Source of the DNA: Paraspadella gotoi
Lineage: Eukaryota; Animalia; Chaetognatha
DNA: 64,000 nt
Reading direction: 5' to 3'
Assembly (NCBI GenBank): GCA_051294375.1
Contig: CM119267.1
Coordinates: 1,240,194 to 1,304,193 of the forward strand
In this document: piece after piece, positions 49,269-61,880 of the stretch
Position numbering within the stretch: position 1 is the stretch's first letter
How the letters are laid out: each line of letters opens with the position of its first letter
Notes under the pieces: generated by a model
Told to the model about the DNA's origin: nothing
Databases searched by the model: none
Seen by the model: only the letters and a program-made list of their open reading frames with translations
Translations under genes and position numbers: made by a program

Positions 49269-49889
49269 ATGACGACGACGACGTCAGGTTGTCCTACAAT
49301 CGATGAGGCGAAACCAGGATTTGGAATCCCTTGTGCCTCATGTCCAGGTGAAAGAAGAGAAGGAAGGATTTATGGCGGGCGGGAAAGATTTAGGAAGAGA
49401 GGGAAAGATTTAGAAAGAGAGGGAAAGATTTAAGAAGAGCGGGAAAGATTTATAGAGAGAGGGAAAGATTTAGTAAGAGAGGGAAAGATTTAGAAAGAGA
49501 TAAAATTATTTATAAAAAGAGGGAAAGATTTATAAAGAGATGGCAAGATTTGGGGAGATTGTGTCAGGAAAAGATTTGTGTGGGGGAGGGAAAAATTTGG
49601 GGAGAGATAAAAATGAGGAAAAGCAGGGGAGAGGGAAGGAAGTTAAGACGAATTTAAGTTCAGTTCAGTAAAGTCAAGTCAAGTCAAGTTAAGTTAAGTC
49701 AAGTTAAGAGGAAAAGTTATGAGTATAAAGAAGGACGATCATCAAATTTTCACCCCGAGTCTGAAATATTTTTAGGTCGTACTTTGTGTCAAAAAGAAAA
49801 ATCGGAATCAGAAATAAAAGACGAGAAGAAAATTGAAATTCGAATGAAATCCATTAAACACAAGATTTTGGTTGCGTCTGGAAAAGGGG
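49269..49889 (+). CDS. NUBP1: NUBP1/Nbp35-like cytosolic Fe-S cluster assembly factor, exons 1-2
   Basis: Exons 49269-49347 and 49776-49889 (GT-AG, phase 1) give MTTTTSGCPTIDEAKPGFGIPCASCPG-RTLCQKEKSESEIKDEKKIEIRMKSIKHKILVASGKG(G). This has the CX13CX2CX5C ferredoxin-like motif of Nbp35 and the start of the deviant Walker A motif. An upstream in-frame TAA lies at 49218. Not in the ORF track. Confidence 0.85.
49381..49600 (+). repeat. 20-bp purine-rich minisatellite (GGGAAAGATTTAGAAAGAGA)n just after the NUBP1 exon 1 donor
   Basis: About 9 units in exact 20-bp register, degenerating distally. Confidence 0.85.
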
Positions 49890-49917
49890 GTAAGTCGAAG
49901 TAAGGGATTAGAGGGTG

Positions 49918-49978
<61 letters not shown>

Positions 49979-50222
49979 GAAGAAAGACAGCAGACCCGCT
50001 CAGTCTATAGTAATTGATAAAAACACTTACTAAATAACTATTATCTCATTTGCATATTGCAGTAACATTTATCTCGGCCGATCCTAGATCCTAAATCCTT
50101 TATTCCACGCGCTCTTTCCTCTTGGCGCCTTTTTCCTTCCACGCGCCTTTCTTTCATCTTTGACTCCTCAGCGCGCCTTTTTCTTAACGGCTCAATGTGA
50201 GGCTGAAGTGGTAGCTGATGTT

Positions 50223-50302
<80 letters not shown>

Positions 50303-50710
50303 AAAAACAGGACGAGGTATCATTAAAACATATGTTTCATACTTGTGAAGACACGTGATAAGAAACGCTGAGCCTCTTTAGAATACTTTACACGTTTATT
50401 TTAATTAATTATTAAGTTAACAGTTAAGTGATTAACTTGTGTAGACACGCGTCATCTTGAGTTCCTACTTCCTCAAAAGTCGATAACAGAAAATCTCGCG
50501 CGACAAACTTTTTTTTTCGATAAAATTATTTATAATAATATTAATAATTGCAAATTCGTTGATGGCTAAACTAATATTATTTTTTTCAGATTTATGTTAA
50601 AGTATTTATCTCTTTATTCCGATATATATCTCTTACTTTTTTTTCTTATCGGATGTAGTATCATCAAGTGAAGTATCCGTTAGCAGTTTAATGGGTTGGA
50701 GGAAGAAGAG

Positions 50711-50789
<79 letters not shown>

Positions 50790-51270
50790 GAGGAGTTGTC
50801 AGTCGATTGGCATTCAATATACTTTATTATCTTCGCCCACATTCGTTTTTTTCTCTCTTTATTTTCCTTTGTTTTGCGTTTTTTCCGTTTTATTTTCCTT
50901 TTTTTATTCTTTCTCTTTCTTGTGTTGCTCCTAAATATTCGCCGCTTCAAGCGACTAGAAATCCCCTGGCGGCCAAATCGAGAACAGATTCGCTCAACGT
51001 TCTAATCAGAAAAACGAAAACAACAAAACAAAAACACTTAAACTGATAAGGGTAGCTTTGTGTGAAATGTTGTTGTTGGTGAATCGACCTTTTTGTGTAC
51101 ATAAAATTATACATCTTTTCCCTATTTTAGACGAGATTCGTTAGGTCACTATGTTAATATAGCCATTTATAGCATGTACAATATAGCGCCGGCATTATGT
51201 AGCAAGTTATTAATGCAATACTTTCTCTCGCAGTCGGTTAATTAACTCCCAAATGCTGGGTTACTATCTC

Positions 51271-51301
<31 letters not shown>

Positions 51302-52503
51302 CTTTTTCTATCTCTCTCACTCTATTCTTTAAATAATCTTTCTTCTCTCATCCTTCCTTCCTTTTCTCCTTCTTTACAATCAAATCAAATCAAAAATTTC
51401 CTTTTCCCCTTTCCCTCTTCTTTTCATTTTCTCTTCCTCCTTTTTCTCTCCTTCCTCTCCCTCTTCTCTTTTCTTATTCTTTCCTTTTCTCCCTCCTCCT
51501 CCTCTTCTCCTTTTCTCTTCTTCCTCTTCCTCTCCTACCTCCTCTTCTTCTCCTTTCTTATTTCTTTCCATTTTCCTCCCATCCTCCTCCTCCTCTTCTC
51601 TCTCTTCCTCCTCTTCTCTTCTTTCCTCCCCCTCTTCTCCTTTCTTTTTCTTTCCTTTCCTCCCGTCCTCCTCCTCTTCTTCTTTCTCTTCCTCTTCTTC
51701 CTCTCCTTCCCCCCTCTTCTCTTTTTATTCTTTCCATTTCCTCCCTTCCCTTCTCCTCCTCTTCTCTCTCTTCCTCCTCTTCCTCTCCTTCTCCCCCGCT
51801 TCTCCTTCTTATTTTTTCCTTTTTCCTCCTCCTTCTCCTTCTCTTCTCCTCTCTCTTCTTCGCCTTCTTCTCTTCCTCCCCCGCTTTCTCTTTCTTTTCT
51901 TTCCTCCCTTCCTTTCTCCTCTTCTCCTTTCTCTTCTCTCCTCTTCCTCTCTTACCTCCTCTTCTTCTCCTTCTTATCTTTCCATTTCCTCCCTTTTCTC
52001 CTCCTCTTCTTCTTTCTCTTCCTCCTCTTCCTCTCTTTCCTCCCCCTCTTCTCCTTTCTTATTCTTTCCTTTCCTACCTTCCTCCTCCTCTTCTCCTTTC
52101 TCTTCTTCCTCTTCCTCTCTCGTTTTCGTTTTTCTTTTCGCGTCGCCGATTTCCTCCCATAATTCCTCCTCCTCCTCTTCTTCCTCTTCCTCCTCCTCCT
52201 CTTCCTTCCCATTAAATAAACCCATACGTTTTTTTCCTTTTTTCTTAATAAAAAAAACAACAAAATTTCAGATTTATTTTTCTTTTCGTCTAAATTAATT
52301 AATCTTCATCTTAAACTTTCACTTAGTCAAATCATTCCTACTTAAATTAATTCATTCCCTCACACGAATTAATTCACCCACCAATTCCACTGAATGGATT
52401 CATTTTTTTCTCACCTCGACTGAATCTATTCATTCTTATTTTCTTTGAAAAAAAAAAAAAAAATTATATAAAAAAATTAAAACCAATTAATTAATTTTTG
52501 ACG

Positions 52504-52534
52504 ATGATTTTCGCCGCCGGCTTTTGTCGTATCT

Positions 52535-52574
<40 letters not shown>

Positions 52575-53316
52575 TCCACAAACCGACGCTCAATCGACGC
52601 CGCCCGACGCCGCCGAAACGACGCCGATGACTTGGTCCGACGCCGCCACGCCGACATCCCTCTGTCGACTCAGCAACGCCAACGGCAACGCCCCCATGAC
52701 GCCGGCAGATTTTCGCTTCAACGCCGCCGGAAGATGCTTTTTCTTTCTCAACGGAACCGGCGTCATTTCCGGTTTGACGTCCGGCGTCGTTTTCGTCTAC
52801 AACCCAGAGGGCGCTTCGATGCTGAGGAAATTGACGCCCGGAAGGTGAGAGAAGATCCAAACGGAGAGACGGACAAAAATAGGGGACGGACGAACAAAGG
52901 AAGAAGCGATGCAGACAGATGGAAAAACAGATTGACAAAGAAGACGGACTGAAAGAAATATAGACAGGATGACAAACAGACGGAAAAACAGAAGTATAAA
53001 AGTAGCATACCGAAAGACAGACATTAATTCCGTAGATCCTTTTCTCTCTCTCTCTCTCCCTCTCTCTCTTCCCCCTCTCTTCTTCCCTCACTCCCTCACT
53101 CCCTCACTCCCCCCCCCTTAGTGACGACGTCTCTCCGGACATCCTCGTCGCCGACCCTTTGACGAAGGAGTTGGAGTCGTCTCGGATAATGAGTCCCGAG
53201 GATCTCAAGATTTGGAGAGAATGCTCAGTCGCGGCCGTCAAGTGTTGCCAATATCAGCAGGTCAGTGGAGGGGAGATGAGAGGAGGAAAGAATGTCTCTC
53301 TCTCTCTTTCTCTTCT

Positions 53317-53356
<40 letters not shown>

Positions 53357-54003
53357 TCTCTTCTCTTCTCTCTCTCTCCCTCTCTCGCCTTTGTTTGCGT
53401 GGATAAATGGATTTCCTTTCACAAAACAAAATTCCCTTTTTTGTGTTGTTTACCTTCTGTTACCATATCAATCGACTTCACATACATTTTTTTCCAGAAT
53501 TTCTGAATATATCCATTGGATATTATCTAACTAAAAGGCATCATGAAAAAAAATTGTCATATCTCTTAGTTTTTCGTATCCATGACGACGAGAACTATCG
53601 ACGACGACATATATCTACAAGTGACTTTAATGATACTTTAACTTACTGTAAAGTCTCATGTGACTGCACTCGGCACAAGTATAAAACATGTGTTAAGTAC
53701 TATATTAAAAAATGATGCAGTATTAATTCAGTTATTTTTTTGCATTCACTTTGAACTGACCAACGGGCGGACGGACCGACTGACCGACCCGAAGTATTTT
53801 TATCTTTTTTTTTCTCATCTTTCGTTTTCTTCCTTTTGTTTTCTTTCTGTTTCGTTTTCATTTTGCTTTCTCTCTGTTTCGTTTTCTTCCTTTTGCTCTT
53901 TTTCTGATTCGTTCCAGAGGGGCGTCTAAATTTTTCCCAGAGCAAATTAACTCCTTAACGATTATGGAAGCAGCTTTCTTCCATATGCTTTAAAACGGTT
54001 CTA

Positions 54004-54036
<33 letters not shown>

Positions 54037-55449
54037 TCTCTCTCTCTCTCTCCCTCTCTCTCGTTTTTTCCAATCTTCTTCTTCAACACCGCAAACGAGA
54101 ACAGAAAACCGATGATTTAAAAAAAAAAAATCTAGATCGGTTCATCCAATGTGTTGCGCCTCAGTGATTTTCTTTCCCACGTATTTCCCTGTGACCACGT
54201 GACTACATGCCTATGATTTATGGTTGATCATTACTCTGCAAAGTTTCATTTCAAACAACCAGACATTACATTACATTGCGTGGTCAGTGGTTGCGTGGTC
54301 ACTGGTCAGTGGTCACGTGACCACATAAGTATAAAACATACATGTATGCATAAGAAGCATATTTGTCTGCCAAGTATTAAATAAAATAACTTTTTAGCCC
54401 ATGTATTTGTGACAAGCACTGCATCAAAAATTCGTTTTTTATTCTTTATAGTTTTAGGATTTCCTATAGGCGGCGCTAACAGTCACTTAGATTTGAGGTT
54501 TTTTTCCTGTCTTAACAAATGAGCAGCCAACTGTAGGCAAGTTATGAGCGTAAGTGGGACAGACCGACGGACAGACATACCGACCGACCGACAGACCGAC
54601 CGAAAAGTGACTTATACTAGTTATAGAGTTGCTCCGCGAGTACTCGCGGCGCAACTAAAAAAAATAAATTATTGATTCGAAAAAAAAATTGCGACATTTT
54701 TCAATGACTAAAGATTAATTTACGGAAAATCGTGCCAAATTATAAAAAATAATTTCTTTATTAAATACAGTACGATTTTTTTAATATTTATATAAAAAAA
54801 TAATTACGCTAAATATGACAACAAAATCCCTAGAATTTTTCTTATATAGCTTGGCGGAATCAAATATTCATTTTACTGCCCCCTTGTCCATTTCTTTATG
54901 CGTCCTTTGAAATCCCTCCGTCCATTAATCCATCCACTCGTGCATTCAGAATCCCATTCATCCATATTCATAGGGGATTCATTGATTCTCTGCTGAGTGA
55001 CTTTAAAAAGACAAAACGGGAAAAAATATCTTTGTTTCTGATGAATTTGAAGCTGGTCATTGTCAGACCATGTAGCATGTTGCGCTTGATCATTGCCTTG
55101 ATCATGTCATGTCATGGAAATGTCGTACTTTGGTCATTTTTAAAAATTTTATTAATTGAGAATTTTATTTTCTTTTGTTTAAACTTACCGTATAAACTTC
55201 CCATAAAAGTGTAAGAAACTTGTTTATACATTTCTCTTGAGAGAGAAAGCTTAAGATAGAGAAAGACAGAGAGAGAGAAAGAAAGAAAGACAGAGGGAGA
55301 GAGATAGAGAAAGAGAAAGCTGATGAGAGAAAGAAAGCCAGAGAAAGAGTCATAAAAAGAGAGAAGGCCAAAGATAGAAAAAGAGAGAGAAAAAGGCAGT
55401 GAGAGACAAAGGAAGAGATAGAGAGAAAGAGAGATAGAGAGAAAGAGAA

Positions 55450-55488
<39 letters not shown>

Positions 55489-56425
55489 AGACTCATCCCG
55501 TCCCTCTCATCCACAGACGATGGCACCGCTTGATGCCTCTCATCTCACTCCACCTTTCTGCCCCGCCACCTGGGATGGATACAAATGCCACGCCCCCACG
55601 CCGGCCGGACACGTCACTTCCTTCCTTTGTCCGGACTATGTAGTGGGCGCGGCATCGCTTAATGTCGGACGAGGGACACACGCCTGCAGTACGGACGGAG
55701 AGTGGTCCCGCCACCCAGACGCGCCTGGTAGTTGGGGGATAGAGAGAGAGAGAGAGTGGGCATGAGAGAGAGAGAGAGAGAGATAGAAAGAGAGTGGGGG
55801 AGGTAGAGGGAGATAGAGAGCCTTAAAATGTTGCCTCATTTAATTAATGTTGAGTTTGGTACCATATCCTGCGGGAAGCGTGAGGGCGAAGGCCGCCTTA
55901 GGGAAGTGGAAAGTTTCCTTCGATGATCATCGAGAAAATATAGGACAGAAGTCTACATCCAATTATCCCCAATTATTCCCTGTTCTTTTTCTTCCTTCAC
56001 AATCATCCTTCTCCTTTCCTCCCTCTCCTTCTCCTTTCCTCCCTCAGACATGACATGTGCGCTTGATCATTGCCTTGATCATGTCATGTCATGGAAATGT
56101 CGTACTTTTGGTCATTTTTTAAAATTTTATTAATTGAGAATTTTATTTTCTTTTGTTTAAACTTACCGTATAAAACTTCCCATAAAAGTGTAAGAAACTT
56201 GTTTATACATTTCTCTTGAGAGAGAAAGCTTAAGATAGAAGAAAGACAGAAGAGAGAAAGAAAGAAAGACAGAGGGAGAGAGATAGAGAAAGAGAAAGCT
56301 GATGAGAGCAAAGAAGCAGAGAAAGAGTCATAAAAAGAGAGAAGGCCAAAGATAGAAAAAGAGAGAGAAAAAGGCAGTGAGAGACAAGGAAGAGAAGAGA
56401 GAAAGAGAGATAGAGAGAAAGAGAA

Positions 56426-56464
<39 letters not shown>

Positions 56465-59400
56465 AGACTCATCCCGTCCCTCTCATCCACAGACGATGGC
56501 ACCGCTTGATGCCTCTCATCTCACTTCCACCTTTCTGCCCCGCCACCTGGGATGGATACAAATGCCACGCCCCCACGCCGGCCGGACACGTCACTTCCTT
56601 CCTTTGTCCGGACTATGTAGTGGGCGCGCATCGCTTAATGTCGACGCAGGACACACGCCTGCAGTACGGACGGAGAGTGGTCCCGCCACCAGACGGCCTG
56701 GTAGTTGGGGGATAGAGAGAGAGAGAGAGTGGGCATGAGAGAGAGAGAGAGAGAGATAGAAAGAGAGTGGGGGAGGTAGAGGGAGATAGAGAGCCTTAAA
56801 ATGTTGCCTCATTTAATTAATGTTGAGTTTGGTACCATATCCTGCGGAAGCGTGAGGGCGAAGGCCGCCTTAGGAAGTGGAAAGTTTCCTTCGATGATCA
56901 TCGAGAAAAATATAGGACAGAAGTTCTACATCCAATTATCCCCAATTATTCCCTGTTCTTTTCTTCCTTCACAATCATCCTTCTCCTTTCCTCCCTCTCC
57001 TTCTCCTTTCCTCCTTCTCCTCCTCCTTCTCCTCCTCTCCTTCTCTTTCCTCCCTCTCCTTCTCCTTTCCTCCTCCTTTCCTCCCTCTCCTCATTCTCCT
57101 TTCCTCCCTCTCCTCCTTCTCCTTTCCTCCCTCCTCCTCCTCCTTCTTTCCTCCCTCTCCTCCTTCTCCTTTCCTCCCTCTTCCTTCTCCTTTCCTCCCT
57201 CTCCTTCTCCTTTCTCCTCCTTTCCTCCCCCTCCTCATTCTCCTTTCCTCCCTCTCCTCCTTCTCCTTTTCCTCCCTCTCCTCCTCCTTCTTTCCTCCCT
57301 CTCCTCCTTCTCCTTTCCTCCCTCATTCCTTTCTCCTTTCCTCTCTCCTCTCCTTTTCTCCGTCCTCCCTCTCCTCCTTTCCTCCCTCTCCNNNNNNNNN
57401 NNNNNNNNNNNNNNNNTCCTTCTCCTTTCCTCCCTCTCCTCCTTCTTTCCTCCCTCTCCTCCTTCTCTTTTCTTCTCTCTCCTCCTTCGAGATATTGCGT
57501 CGTTCGATTTAGTTCTGTTTCAACGTGCAAACTTTGGGCAGTTTCAACACAGCACACGATCGTATCTCGCCACTGATCCCTACGACGGTTTTACTTATGG
57601 GATGAGTTTTTACCAAGCGGCAGGGATTCAGTCGATGTCTTTCTCTCTCTCTCTCTCTCTTTTTTTTTCCTTCACTATCTTTCTTTCTCTTTGTGTGATG
57701 GTTTCTTGATGGGGATTTGTTCTCCAGATCCGCGGCGGGATCGGGCATCATTCCACAATCCCAATCAAAAATCATAGCGGGGATTCCCGGTCGTGGTTAA
57801 AAAATAAACAGTTGTAGGGGAACAGTTTTAGAGTGAAGTAAAAACTGTCCCTTTATTGCCCGTTCATACTGAACGTTTTTGCGCGGCGTAATACTTGCCT
57901 CCTTCCCCTGCATCAGGTCGAGAATGGACCAACTTTGCCACCTGCGTCCCAAAGGAACACTCTGTCTTCTACGCCAACGCATGGGCTTTTTTGGCGTCGG
58001 TTGTGGCGCTCGTCCCAAGTCTGGTCATCTTTTTTAGGTGAGGTGAAACAAAGACTGAAGAGGAAAACATTGTTTATGCAGCATTTAGTTCTTCAATCTC
58101 ATTTACATATTGTTGACTATTTCTCATATACTTGGATACGGATTTTATAAAAGTCTTACCGAACAGAATAAATGAAGTTGTGAAGAGCAAGGGAGTTCAC
58201 ACTACATATTGATACCCATTTTTTCTGTTATATTTAAATTTTAATATACAATTAACTAACTTTAAAATTTGGCGACTTATTCATTTTCCAAGATGGTATT
58301 TTGATATTTTTACTAGTTTTAATAGGGTTTATAATAATTTAGTTTTTTCAAAGAGACAAAGAGACTGTAGTGTAAAAACTTTCGGCTTCTATAAACAATT
58401 GTAAAACAAAAGATTTAAAAACTATAAATACATCGATGACCAAAAAATAATTATCTCATTGAACTTTTCTTTTTATCATTTTTTTTGGTTGACATTGTAT
58501 ATTTTTTTAAAAATCAAAACCAACAATGTTACTAAAATTAATTTTCTGAACAACTACGTTGAATCTAATTCGCCTTTCACACCCTCACATTTCCCCCCCC
58601 CCGCTCTCTTCACAGCTACCGTCAACTTCGTGTTCACCGAATCACTCTTCACAAACATCTATTCCTCTCACTCCTTCTCACCGCCCTCACGTCAATCGCT
58701 TGGGATTTGGGAGTCATCACGAGATCATCGGTCGTCGTCGACAATGGAATCGGATGTCGAATCCTTTACGTCCTCAAACTTTACTTTGTTGGCGCAAATT
58801 ACGCGTGGATGTTGTGCGAGAGCTTCTTTCTTCATCACATATTAGTCACGGCCTTTGCCGAGATTAGGTAAAACTTTGCTCGGACCGCTTATCTGTTATT
58901 AATTGTTTAAAGTAATAGGAAAGTATTTTTCTCCCTCTCAATATTCATCACGACTTTTGCTGTCATTTTATTTTGGAACAAGTTTGAGCAAACGATGCCT
59001 GATCCTCCCACGAGATTAATTAATTAATTGCAAGCTAAATTAATAAATTAGTTAATTAATTAAAAGTGAAACAGCCGGAACCGAGCCGTTGAAAAATTCC
59101 CTTCAGGAGTCTTCGTTGTTATTTTCTGTTTGGATGGGGAGCGCCCTTCGTTCCAACCACAATTTATATTGGGCTAAAGATCGCTTACGCCAATCAATAC
59201 TGTTTCGCTTACAGGTAGCAAGGAAAAGCGTCGTCACGTTGCAATTGTTGCGGCAGATTTAGCATTTTTTTTTTTGGCTGGTGCTGTACTTGAAATGCGC
59301 TTATCTTCTCAGTCGAACGGACGTTTCTGCCTACGACCTCATCTTCGCCCTCCCCAACACAGCATCTCTCCTCCTTAACTTTCTCTTCCTCGTCAACATA

Positions 59401-61318
59401 ATCAGAATTCTTTGTCTAAAACTTCGTCCGGACGGGGAAGTCCCAAGAACGGAGCCGCCGCAGTATGGGAAAGCGATAAGGGCTACGGTAAGGGGAGAGA
59501 GGGAGAGAGAGACAGAGAGAGAGAGAGACGCCGCAGTATGGGAAAGCGATAAGGGCTACGGTAAGGGGGATAAGGGCTACGGTAAGGGGAGAGAGGGAAG
59601 AGAGGAACAGAGAAGAGAGTGAGACGCCGCAGTGTGGGGAAGCGATAAGGGCTACGGTAAGGGGAGAGAGGGAGAGAGAGACAGAGAGAGAGTGAGACGC
59701 CCGCAGTGGGAAAGCCGATAAGGGCTACGGTAAGGGGAGAGAGGGAGAGAGAGAGAGAGAGAGAGAGCGCTGCAGTGTGGGAAGCGATAAGGGCTACGCG
59801 TAAGGGAGAGAGGGAGAGAGAGACAGAGAGAGAGGACGCCGCAGTTGGGGAAAGCGATAAGGGCTACGGTAAAGGGAGAGACGGAGAGAAGACAAGAGAG
59901 AGAGTGAGCGCCGCAGAGTGTGGGAAGCGATAAGGGCTACGGTAAGGGGAGAGAGGGAGAGAGAAAAAGAGAGAGAGAGAGAGACGCCGCCAGTATGGAA
60001 AGCGATAAGGGCTAGGTAAGGGGAGAGAGGGAGAGAGAAAAAAGAAGAGACAAGCCGCTCGCAGTATTGGAAAGCGATAAGGGCTACGTAAGGGAGGAGG
60101 GAGAGAGAAAAAGAAAGAGACAGCCGTCGCAGTATGGGAAAGTGATAGGCTACGGTAAGGAGAGAGAGGAGAGAGAAAAAAGAGAAGAGAGAGAGTCGTC
60201 GCAGTATGGGAAAGTGATAAGGGCTACGGTAAGGAGAGAGAGGGAGAGAGAAAGAGAGAGAGAGAGAGAGCCGTCGCCAGTTATCGGAAAGTGATAAGGG
60301 GCTACGGTTAAAGAGAGAGAGATGATAAGAGAGAGAGAGAGCCGCTGCAGTATGGAAAGTGATTAGGACTACGGTGAGGGGAGAGGGGGAGAGAGAGAGA
60401 GAGAGAGAAACAACAAGAGTATGGGAAAGCAATTAGGGCTACGGTAAAGTGAGAGAGAGAAAAAGAAAGACGGAAAAGAGAGAGAGAGAGAGACAAACAA
60501 AAAGAGAGAGAGCCGCAGTATGGGAAAGCGATAAAGGCTATGGTAAGGAGAAAGAGAGAAGAGAGAGAGACGGAAAGAGAGAAAGAGAGTCCCTTGATTG
60601 GATTGTCGTTCCGTACGTGGTAAGAAGAAAAAGGATAAAGAGAGACTCCCCGTAAGGATAAATAAGCCCACCTTGAAAAATGCGCAAATGTCTGTCTCCC
60701 CCTCTTTTCCTTCAATTTTTCTTCTACCCTCACTCCCTCTCCTGCCTTCTCCCTCTTCCCTTCTCCCTCTCTTATCCAGATGCTCCTCATCCCTCTCTTC
60801 GGCCTTCCCCGCCATTCTCTGGTGGTGTTATTATCGAGCATCCCCAAGTTCCAAAACTTCTCGTCCACGTCCTGGAGGGTCTTCAAGGGGCCTTCGTCGC
60901 CGTCTGCTTCTGTTTCTTCAACGGAGAGTTCCAGAGCCTCTTGGCGACAACTTCGCACCGCTTACGGTTCCGTCATTTCCCGTCCGGCGCCGGAGCGGCG
61001 CTCGTTTGCGGGCGCCCGAATCAACAACAACACACACTCTGGCGCCGACGACTTCTGTTTTTAACGTCAGCGGAAGAGAGTCGCTACGTGCTCGATCGGG
61101 CCGGAGCGGTGTCGGGCGGGTGCGTTCGGGCGGAAGCGGTGTCGGGCATGGCGGGCCGTCGGGAGGACGGCGTCCGCTTGGCGGGGACGGGCAAAGCGCG
61201 CCTATCTTCGTCGGGTCCGCTGAGCCTATTGCCGGCGCAAAGCGGAAAACGGCCCAACCTTCGGTGGCGGGGGAGGCGCTCTGTAGAAGTTAGAGTTAGA
61301 GAAAGAGTCAGGAGATAG
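52504..61318 (+). CDS. Class B (secretin-family) GPCR, calcitonin/PDF-receptor-like
   Basis: Exons 52504-52844, 53122-53260, 55517-~55727 (hormone-binding domain CPATWDGYKC...CPDYV...CSTDGEW), an error-ridden probable TM1 exon ~57490-57601 (LIPTTVLLMG), 58616-58867 (RITLHKHLFLS...NYAWMLCESFFLH), 59107-59214 (FGWGAP), 59313-59487 (LNFLFLVNIIRILCLKLR...YGKAIRAT), 60780-61318 (MLLIPLFG...LQGAFVAVCFCFFNGE). The last exon needs a frameshift correction near 60810-60860. Confidence 0.88.
56046..57010 (+). repeat. ~980-bp tandem duplicate of ~55063-56045, including the GPCR hormone-binding-domain exon (frameshifted copy)
   Basis: Near-identical intron and exon sequence. The second exon copy (~56493-56700) has several 1-bp indels. 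Confidence 0.88.
58141..58212 (+). mobile_element. Tc1/mariner transposase C-terminal remnant
   Basis: Translates FIKVLPNRINEVVKSKGVHTTY*, resembling the Tc1 C-terminal consensus (SMPxRxxxVIxxxGxxTxY). Confidence 0.5.
59457..60550 (+). repeat. Tandem array (~15 units, ~70-75 bp) of GPCR exon 3' end + splice donor + GA tract
   Basis: Unit GCCGCAGTATGGGAAAGCGATAAGGGCTACG|GTAAGGGGAGAGAG...; the first unit is the real exon end (donor at 59488). Confidence 0.93.
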
Positions 61319-61633
61319 AGACGAAAAACTGAGAAGAGATAGAGACACTCAGACAGAGAGAGAGAGTCAGAATCCGAAAAATATGATCTAGACAGTTTTC
61401 GTTTTCAATTTTTAAATTTTTGACAAAACCTTTTGTTAATATTTTGAAAACAAATCAAAAATAGTCTCCGATAGTGTTCGCTCGCGAGGAGAGAACAAGT
61501 CAACATCTTGTTATGGTCGATTGGTCTGTCTGTCTGTCTGTATAAACTTTGATGAATGAAATGTTAAAATTGGGTTAAAACCAATTCTATAAATTCTTAA
61601 AAAATCAAACAACGACGAAAACAAAACCATTAT

Positions 61634-61880
61634 GGCAATAGCCGGGGTTACTTGTGATGCCCAATTGGGGATGGGGCATCTCATCTGAGCTTTGGGGCTT
61701 CCGACCCTCAGAATTGACGCCTCCAGTCATTGGCGCGTTAACTAGGACGGTCTCGCTTTGTCAAAAGCAGAGAGAAGTCGTTACGGACTGTGGGATGGAA
61801 GTCACAACGCTTGGATAGATGGTCCCTCTGATGGATGCTATTCTAGTGATGTTTGCGGTGTGAATTTTATTACCGCCACA
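61634..61880 (+). repeat. GC-rich structured dispersed repeat, copy 3
   Basis: Aligns with 17349-17600, including the terminal GCGGT...ACCGC hairpin; indel-rich. Confidence 0.8.

Noticed and set aside
59457-60550. CRISPR-like appearance (constant ~37-bp block with variable spacer)
   Set aside because: The spacers are just GA tracts, the constant block is the exon end plus donor, the context is eukaryotic, and there are no cas genes.
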